Source of the DNA: Okeania sp.
GTDB taxonomy: Bacteria > Cyanobacteriota > Cyanobacteriia > Cyanobacteriales > Microcoleaceae
Assembly (NCBI RefSeq): GCF_035285525.1
Contig: NZ_JAYKGW010000079.1
Span: 1-16,794, forward strand
Direction: 5' to 3'
DNA length: 16,794 nt
The position numbers were made by a program, and so were the translations under genes. This document shows, piece by piece, positions 7,936 to 14,593 of the stretch (positions are counted from its first letter, which is position 1; every line of letters starts with the position of its first letter). Below the pieces are notes generated by a model. It did no database searches. It saw nothing but the letters and a program-made list of their open reading frames with translations, and was not told the origin of the DNA.

Positions 7936-9438
7936 ATGTTAACAGAACTCTGGACTTTTCGCGGTCGTTACCGCATTCTTCATTTAACTTGGTTTGCCTT
8001 TTTTCTCTCTTTTGTTGTTTGGTTTAACCTCGCACCATTAGCAACATCACTCAAAGCAGACATGGGTTTAGAAACCTCTCAAATTAGAACTATTGCTATC
8101 TGTAACGTTGCTCTCACAGTACCTGCTCGAATTATCATCGGTATGTTACTGGATAAATACGGACCCAGAATCACTTACTCAATATTGCTAATGTATGCAG
8201 CTATTCCCTGTATTGGGTTTGCTTTAGCTCAAAACTTTAGCCAGTTAGTAGTTGCTCGTTTGGCATTAAGTATTGTCGGTGCTGGTTTCGTAATTGGTAT
8301 CCGTATGGTAGCTGAATGGTTTCCACCAAAGGAAATAGGTTTAGCAGAAGGTATTTATGGTGGTTGGGGTAACTTCGGTTCTGCTGGTGCTGCCTTCACA
8401 TTGCCAACTATAGCTGCTTGGTTAGCCTTTGGTTCCGGTGATGTATTGAACTGGCGGTTATCCATAGCTCTCACAGGTATTATTGCTGCTGTTTATGGTG
8501 CGTTTTACTTTTTCAATGTACAAGACACTCCACCAGGTAAAGTATATCAAAAACCAAAGCGTGCCAGAGGTTTAGAAGTTACTACCCCAAGTGATTTTGT
8601 TTTTCTCCTGGCGATGAATGTTCCTTTAACAGGTGTTCTCTGTTTGTTAGCTTGGCGCTTGAGCAAAGTTGGTTTCTTATCTCAAAGTCAACTTTACATT
8701 GTTTGGGCAGCACTATTAGGTTTGTATCTTTTCCAAACTTATAACTGTTGGGCAACGAATCAAGAGTTAGTTGCTGGAGAAAAACGCTATCCCCCAAGCG
8801 ATCGCTATAAATTTTCCCAAGTAGCAATTTTAGAACTGACTTATTTTGTGAATTTTGGTTCTGAGTTAGCAGTAGTATCCATGCTCCCTGCTTTCTTTGA
8901 AAATACTTTTGGTTTAAGTAAAGCAATGGCAGGGATGATTGCTGCTAGTTATGCTTTTATGAACTTAGTATCTCGTCCTGGTGGTGGTTTAATTTCTGAT
9001 AAGTTGGGTAGTCGTAAGTTAACCATGACAGTATTGACTGCTGGAATGGGAGTTGGTTATTTGACAATGGGTAATGTGAATGGAAATTGGTGGTTGCCTG
9101 GTGCTGTAATGTTGACCATGCTTTGTTCTTTCTTTGTGCAAGCTGCTGAAGGTTCTACTTTTGCCATAGTTCCTCTGGTGAAGCGTCGGGTTACTGGTCA
9201 AATAGCTGGTAATGTTGGTGCTTATGGTAACGTGGGAGCAGTGGTTTATCTGACTTTATTTAGTTTGTTGCCGGAAGGTGCTATAGGTAATCAGATTTTC
9301 TTCCAAGTTCTAGGAGTTCTGGCATTAATTGTATCATTTTTCTGTGCTTTCATGTTAAAAGAGCCAGAGGGTTCATTTGCTGAACACCATGAAGGAGAAA
9401 ATGAGCTGGAATCTATTCCTTTGCTTGCTAAAGAATAG
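7936..9438 (+). CDS. nrtP: MFS nitrate/nitrite permease (NNP family, NrtP/NapA type)
   Basis: 500 aa, about 12 hydrophobic segments. N-terminus WTFRGRYRILHLTWFAFFLSFVVWFNLAPLA and GGWGNFG / SRPGGGLISDKLG motifs are typical of cyanobacterial NrtP. Located downstream of nirA. Confidence 0.9.
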   Translation: MLTELWTFRGRYRILHLTWFAFFLSFVVWFNLAPLATSLKADMGLETSQIRTIAICNVALTVPARIIIGMLLDKYGPRITYSILLMYAAIPCIGFALAQNFSQLVVARLALSIVGAGFVIGIRMVAEWFPPKEIGLAEGIYGGWGNFGSAGAAFTLPTIAAWLAFGSGDVLNWRLSIALTGIIAAVYGAFYFFNVQDTPPGKVYQKPKRARGLEVTTPSDFVFLLAMNVPLTGVLCLLAWRLSKVGFLSQSQLYIVWAALLGLYLFQTYNCWATNQELVAGEKRYPPSDRYKFSQVAILELTYFVNFGSELAVVSMLPAFFENTFGLSKAMAGMIAASYAFMNLVSRPGGGLISDKLGSRKLTMTVLTAGMGVGYLTMGNVNGNWWLPGAVMLTMLCSFFVQAAEGSTFAIVPLVKRRVTGQIAGNVGAYGNVGAVVYLTLFSLLPEGAIGNQIFFQVLGVLALIVSFFCAFMLKEPEGSFAEHHEGENELESIPLLAKE

Positions 9439-9459
9439 ACAAAAAATTAAGATTTGATC

Positions 9460-9528
9460 GTAGGGGTTTGGTCTCCAAACCCCTACAAGGAAGTTAATTA
9501 TACCGATACTACCTGATTTGATATCACC
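9460..9528 (+). repeat. Palindromic element (perfect 12-bp stem, 3-nt loop) + tail; possible nrtP 3' stem-loop
   Basis: GTAGGGGTTTGG-TCT-CCAAACCCCTAC at 9460-9486, 22 nt after the nrtP stop. Followed by AAGGAAGTTAATTATACCGATACTACCTGATTTGATATCACC. No U-tract, so not a classical intrinsic terminator. Confidence 0.7.
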
Positions 9529-9546
9529 TCATTTTTTTATAAAGAT

Positions 9547-9724
9547 AGGAATTACGCAAAGATACTATATATAGAGTCTTGCTCAGTTACGAGATACGCT
9601 TTTTCGTATAGGGAATGCTCCGCTTTCCATGTCGCGTAGCGTTTCGGCGCTTGAGCCGACATATAAAGCGGAGCTTTGCGGAACGCCAAACGCACCCTAC
9701 AGATAGCGTCCATGCGTAAGTTCT
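9547..9724. mobile_element. MITE-like element (about 178 bp), AGGAATTACGCA ... TGCGTAAGTTCT
   Basis: Its ends match 2953-3041 in inverse orientation. The interior carries the GC-rich core CCGCTTTCCATGTCGCGTAGCG, so it looks like a nested or composite member of the family. Confidence 0.5.
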
Positions 9725-9854
9725 GATAGAGTCAAAAAACTATTGCGTATGGGGTTTTAAGCACTATATTTAGGGTCGCTGCGTAATATAAAATCCGGTT
9801 GAATAGTCGTTATATAGTTGTGGCAGATCCGGAGACGGGGAGATTGAAGTGTAG

Positions 9855-10020
9855 AGGACTTAAGCAAAAGAACGTATTTTTGTCATGGCGCGACTCGCAG
9901 GGCAAGCGATAGCTTTCGCTCCGCGACATGGAAAGCGCAGCATGACCTGAGAAAATGCGAAGCAGTCCGTCAGGATAGCAATCTCAAATGCCTAAAACTC
10001 TTTGATCATGGGTAAGTCCT
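9855..10020 (-). mobile_element. MITE-like element, copy B (about 166 bp), inverted relative to copy A
   Basis: 9871-9987 is the reverse complement of 2811-2928 with about 7 differences. Ends are AGGACTTAAGCA ... GGGTAAGTCCT. Confidence 0.55.
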
Positions 10021-10331
10021 GACTATATAACGGGATTTTATATAAGTCCTGAAATACTTTTTCAGCAACTCCTAAATAGGGTTTGGGTATGGAAATCTCA
10101 AAATACTGATATATAAAGTTTTATGTCTGGAAAAAGTACCTGGTTTTCAGCTCTTCATAGTCAAAAAGGAGCGCATCTTAGGCAAGATAGGGGCTGAAAA
10201 TCAAGGGAAGATTATTTTGTAGGGACTTTGCATAAGGGCGTCCCTACTCCTCTATAATCCCCATTCTCATAAGAATTCTGGATTCTGGATTCTGACTCGT
10301 ATTCTTAACTAAAAGACTTTTTCAGCAAACC

Positions 10332-13085
10332 CTAAATAAACTTAAAGTCAGAAAAATCAATAGTAGTATTAATAGCATTAGGCAAAACAGAAATACCATT
10401 GATAACTGCTAAATTAAAAGCAGGATTATTATCATCTTGAAGATTAGAGTCATATCCTAAAAGAACGTTGCCATCTAAATTATTATTTACATAGATAAAG
10501 AAAGCAGGATTTCCGCTAGAACCATTTTGATTTTTCAAAATAGAATTAACTTGCTGTACATTTTCAAATTTATTCTCAAAAATAATCAGTTCTTGTTCGC
10601 TAATATTTTGACCTTGTGAACCTAAATTATTCAGAGAAACTATCACACTAGAAAATTCTGTAGCAGTACCAGGAGGATTAGTGAAATCACCAAATTTACT
10701 CGATCTAAACAGAAATACATCATTTTCGTCATCAAAATCAGTAATCACATCTATTCCTTCATTAGGAACTTCAAAAAAGAAGGCATCATTTCCCTCATCA
10801 CCAGTTAATGTATCACTACCAAATCCACCATTTAATACATCATCTCCGACATCTCCATTAATAGAATCATTTCCAGCATCACCACTTACAGAGTCATCAC
10901 CGATGCCACCAAAAATCTGATCGTTTCCAGACCCTCCAAGTAAGCTATCATTACCAGTTTGACCGAGAATACTGTCATTATCAGCACCTCCATCAATAGT
11001 ATCATCACCGGAGTCACCTGTAATCGTATCATCACCGGAGTCACCCAATAAAGAGTCATTATCATCTGCACCAGATAAGGAATCATTACCTGTACCTCCA
11101 TCAAGAGTGTCATTACCGATTCCTCCATCAAGAGTATCTTGTTGTCCTCCTCCTAATAATAAATCCGCACCTTCTTCTCCTAACAAAGAGTCATTATCAA
11201 CACCACCGTCAAGAGTATCGTTACCTACTCCTCCGAATAATGTATCAGGTTGTTCAGCTCCAAACAAAGAGTCATTACCAGCTTCCCCTAATAAGGAATC
11301 CGATCCTGGTCCACCATCTAAAACATCATTTCCACTACGACCACTCAAACTATCGTCGCCAGCATTTCCGAGCAAGTAGTTACTTTCTTCAGTACCGTTA
11401 ATGTTATTATTGCCACTGCCTCCTTCGATAATATCATCAATAACCGCAATACTAAAAGATGTATTAGGAATAGTTCCACCATTACCATCAGAAACAGTAA
11501 AGGAAAAAGGAAAGTTACCTGATGTACTACCTGGAGTATAGAGAATTAAATTGTTATTAATATCAGCTTGAGAGAAAGTATCACCAGCCTCAAGGTCTTC
11601 CTCAACTAATCTCAGATTACCTTGGGTTGGTACTCTAATAATATTGTAGGTGATTTCGGCTGGGATGTTGTCAGTATCTGTCACTAAAAGATTGGTACTC
11701 AATATATTTTGTCTACGTCCATTTTTAGCAGCAATAATATTGCGGTTGTTTACTAGCTCTGGTGGATCGTTGACTTTAATATTGACTTCAGCACTATCAG
11801 AATTATTATTTCCATCAGTAATAGTGTAGGTGAAACTATCATCTCCTATGAACCCAAGGCTGGGAGTGTATGTGTAGGTTGTACTATTTTCTTCTACTAA
11901 AAATCCGTTGCTTGGTGTACCGATAACAGAAATACTGAGAGCATCTTCTTCTGGATCGGAGTCATTTTCTAATAATTCTGAAACCGTAATAGTTAGTGAT
12001 TCATCTTTATTAGTTATGAAGTCGTCATCCTGTGCTTCTGGTGGTAGACTAGATGGTGCGGGTGTGACACTTGGGGTAGGTGTGGGTGTGACACTTGGAG
12101 TGGGAGTGGGTGTTGGTGTAGGAGTGGGTGTTTCTTCAAAAGGTGGTGGTGTAATTTCTGATAATGTGACAAAATCACTAGCGTTAATAGTGTTGCTTTC
12201 AACTCCTACTAATACTGCTAAAAAATCACCGTTAGTACCACCTACACTAATAATTGTATTATCAGGATTGTCTGGTGATGCAAAAATACTCAGTTCTGCA
12301 AAGGTCAAACCATCATTGAGGCCGATTAAATCTTCACTACTAAAATCATTGATAAAGTCAGCGCTACTAACTCCTGGACCTCCTGAGTTAGGAGTAATAT
12401 TGAAGGTATCTTGACCAAGACCACCTGTAAGGGTATCTGCACCAATATCTCCTGACAGAAAATCTGCACCAACTCCTCCCACTAAAGAGTCTGCATCTTG
12501 TCCGCCAAAAAGTTGATCGTCCCCTGAGTTTCCTTCTAGGGTATCTCTACCTATTTCGCCAAACAAAATATCGCCACCATCATTTCCAGATAAGCGATCT
12601 TCACCTGTACCACCCAATATTCTATCATTACCAATGTCTCCATCAACTGTATCGTTGCCTCGATCGCCAAATAATAAGTCATCTTCTCCACCACCATCAA
12701 TACTATCATCCTCTTTACCTCCATAAATAGTATCATCACCCGCATTTCCTTGGATAGTATCACTGTCGCGATCGCCAAATAATATATCGCTACCACTATT
12801 TCCCAGGATAGTATCTAAATCTTTTCCCCCCCGTAAACAATCATCTCCGAGACCTCCATCAAGACAGTCATCTCCAGCATTGCCGTTCATTTCGTCTTGA
12901 CCTTCACCCCCCAGGAGAACATCATTTCCATCTAGACCAAAAACTGTATCATCTCCAGACAATGCGGAAATTGTATCTACTATTAAACTGCCAATGATGG
13001 AATCGTTGAGAATAGTTCCTTCTCCTAAACCTTCAATCAGAATAGGTGGTGATAGTTCGACTTGTTGTTTAACTCTATCTGTCAT
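10332..13085 (-). CDS. Large secreted-type Ca-binding protein: RTX block - cap - (TP)n linker - two cadherin-like domains - RTX block - C-terminal domain
   Basis: 917 aa, no N-terminal signal peptide. GGxGxDxUx nonapeptide runs at aa 43-228 and aa 570-768. TPTPTPTPTPTPSVTPTPTPSV linker at aa 319-340. DDFITNKDESLTI...FTYTITDGNNNSDSAEVNIKVND and LLVTDTDN...FSFTVSDGNGG resemble cadherin-like/VCBS-type domains. AAGGA Shine-Dalgarno upstream of the ATG. Confidence 0.85.
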   Translation of the reverse strand: MTDRVKQQVELSPPILIEGLGEGTILNDSIIGSLIVDTISALSGDDTVFGLDGNDVLLGGEGQDEMNGNAGDDCLDGGLGDDCLRGGKDLDTILGNSGSDILFGDRDSDTIQGNAGDDTIYGGKEDDSIDGGGEDDLLFGDRGNDTVDGDIGNDRILGGTGEDRLSGNDGGDILFGEIGRDTLEGNSGDDQLFGGQDADSLVGGVGADFLSGDIGADTLTGGLGQDTFNITPNSGGPGVSSADFINDFSSEDLIGLNDGLTFAELSIFASPDNPDNTIISVGGTNGDFLAVLVGVESNTINASDFVTLSEITPPPFEETPTPTPTPTPTPSVTPTPTPSVTPAPSSLPPEAQDDDFITNKDESLTITVSELLENDSDPEEDALSISVIGTPSNGFLVEENSTTYTYTPSLGFIGDDSFTYTITDGNNNSDSAEVNIKVNDPPELVNNRNIIAAKNGRRQNILSTNLLVTDTDNIPAEITYNIIRVPTQGNLRLVEEDLEAGDTFSQADINNNLILYTPGSTSGNFPFSFTVSDGNGGTIPNTSFSIAVIDDIIEGGSGNNNINGTEESNYLLGNAGDDSLSGRSGNDVLDGGPGSDSLLGEAGNDSLFGAEQPDTLFGGVGNDTLDGGVDNDSLLGEEGADLLLGGGQQDTLDGGIGNDTLDGGTGNDSLSGADDNDSLLGDSGDDTITGDSGDDTIDGGADNDSILGQTGNDSLLGGSGNDQIFGGIGDDSVSGDAGNDSINGDVGDDVLNGGFGSDTLTGDEGNDAFFFEVPNEGIDVITDFDDENDVFLFRSSKFGDFTNPPGTATEFSSVIVSLNNLGSQGQNISEQELIIFENKFENVQQVNSILKNQNGSSGNPAFFIYVNNNLDGNVLLGYDSNLQDDNNPAFNLAVINGISVLPNAINTTIDFSDFKFI
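12060..12131 (-). repeat. 24-bp tandem repeat x3 encoding the Thr/Pro linker
   Basis: Plus strand reads gggtgtgacacttggggtaggtgt / gggtgtgacacttggagtgggagt / gggtgttggtgtaggagtgggtgt. Confidence 0.8.
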
Positions 13086-13472
13086 CTTGATTTTTCCTTG
13101 TGATTATTTTTTGGTATTAGAGCGTGTTTTATTTATATAGAACCCATTTGGTATTTCTGCAAAGGTACAGGTTTTTGGCAAAAAACTCAGGAGTCAATCC
13201 ACCCCGAACCCCTACCTTGGAGGGGAAAAGGAGGAGCAAGTTTTTTTATCACGCTCTTATCCGGACATGATATAACTTAACGTTGGACAAGTCCTGGAAA
13301 GAGGGAATTATATTTATATTTAATATTCCCTGGTTTAGCTACAAACTATAATGTTACATATATAGAACTTAGACATAAACGCTATTGGTAGTGCACCGTT
13401 TCATTTTAAATTGCAATAGGAAATGGGGTAATGGGGTGATGGAGTGACGAAAAAAGCTAATGCACTATTTGA

Positions 13473-13667
13473 GATGTAGGTTGGGTTGAGGGATGAAACA
13501 AGGGCAAAAACCTTTCTCCCCTACTCCCTCACTTCCTCATGTACTATTTTAGGTGAAACACTCCAGTAGAGATGTAGGTTGGGTTAAGGGATGAAACAAG
13601 GGCAAAACCTTTCTCCCCTACTCCCTCACTTCCTAATGCACTATTTGAGGTGAAACATTCCAGTAGT
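13473..13667. repeat. 98-bp tandem repeat x2 (plus partial flanking units)
   Basis: GATGTAGGTTGGGTT(G/A)AGGGATGAAACAAGGGCAAAA.CCTTTCTCCCCTACTCCCTCACTTCCT.ATG.ACTATTT.AGGTGAAACA.TCCAGTAG starts at both 13473 and 13571. The GTAGGTTGGGTT / AACCCAACCTAC motif recurs at 13699, 13784 and 7717. Confidence 0.8.
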
Positions 13668-13908
13668 GAACCGTTTCTTCTTAAATGGTGCATTGGGCGT
13701 AGGTTGGGTTGAGGCACGAAACCCAACAATAATAAATCTTTGTTGGGTTTCACTATCGTACCGCTACTTGGTGTGCAAGGAACAACCCAACCTACATTCT
13801 TAGGTCAAATACTCCAGTAGAGTTTGTTTTCCGTTCTTGAGCAGACATGAAACGCTACGCGACATGAAAAGCGCACTTCTTAATGCACCAAAAGTCTATA
13901 TTATATAC

Positions 13909-13997
13909 AGGACTAAAGCCACCCGAACCCAGAAACCCGGTACGAGCGTGGATATTTATTGTCAAAAACAATAATTTACTGTAGAAAGCATAAGTCC
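13909..13997. mobile_element. MITE-like element (about 89 bp)
   Basis: AGGACTAAAGCCACCCGAACCCAGAAACCCGGTACGAGC is the reverse complement of 4071-4111. The far end is a degenerate GCATAAGTCC. Confidence 0.45.
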
Positions 13998-14006
13998 AGA
14001 TATATT

Positions 14007-14125
14007 ATTTTTCTGTAAATTCTACGCAAAGCGACCAAGAAACCCGGTTTCTCAACAAAATTCCTGGTTTTAGTAACAAAAAGCAATAAACCCGGTTTCT
14101 GCGTAAGGATTTTTCTGTAAATTCT
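14007..14125. repeat. 85-bp element flanked by perfect 17-nt direct repeats ATTTTTCTGTAAATTCT
   Basis: Direct repeats at 14007-14023 and 14109-14125. The insert 14024-14108 runs ACGCAAAG...AGAAACCCGGTTTCT...AAACCCGGTTTCTGCGTAAGG. Confidence 0.6.
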
Positions 14126-14593
14126 CTTTATTTGCATAATGTTTAGTAAAAACGATATATATCTAGGGCAGACGAGAAGAAGTTAAAAATATCAAAATCG
14201 GCCAAAGTACAGTTGATAATTTGTGATATACTAAGTGTTTAGAAATTCTCAGTTATCAAACTCTGGCCAACTTGAACTCTTTACATTGTATTCAGGTTGC
14301 ATTAATGACTTGGCCTTAGCCAATAACTATACTGTTGTAAGATTTAAAGATAACTACTAATATAGAATCTGATTGAACAGTAGTTGTCCCTATCGACCAA
14401 GGGGAACCAATCTCTTAAACCCCTGAGATTGCTCCCTTCCACGGTATTACCCCTCCCAATGACTTGGGTGTAGTAATTATCCCGGTTATAGGCTTGACCA
14501 AATAGTAACCTTGCAAACAAAACTAGATAATCTCAACCAAAACCAACTTTCCTTTGCGAATTTACTTGTTTATTTTTTTAGGAGCTAGAAAAT

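Noticed and set aside
8582-9201. Minus-strand ORFs 8582..8926 and 9019..9201
   Set aside because: They are antisense shadows inside nrtP.
10681-12796. ORFs inside the 917-aa RTX gene: 10681..10920 +, 10886..11131 -, 11107..11379 +, 11908..12414 +, 12014..12202 - and 12551..12796 -
   Set aside because: The GGxGxD-encoding periodic DNA and the TP-linker repeat are open in several frames. The products are low-complexity (S/P-rich or M/V-rich) and overlap a much longer, motif-rich CDS.
13544-13753. 69-aa minus-strand ORF (contains LGFVPQPNLR)
   Set aside because: It is encoded by the 98-bp tandem repeat and the GTAGGTTGGGTT motif. This is the typical repeat-derived pseudo-ORF of Nostocales genomes.
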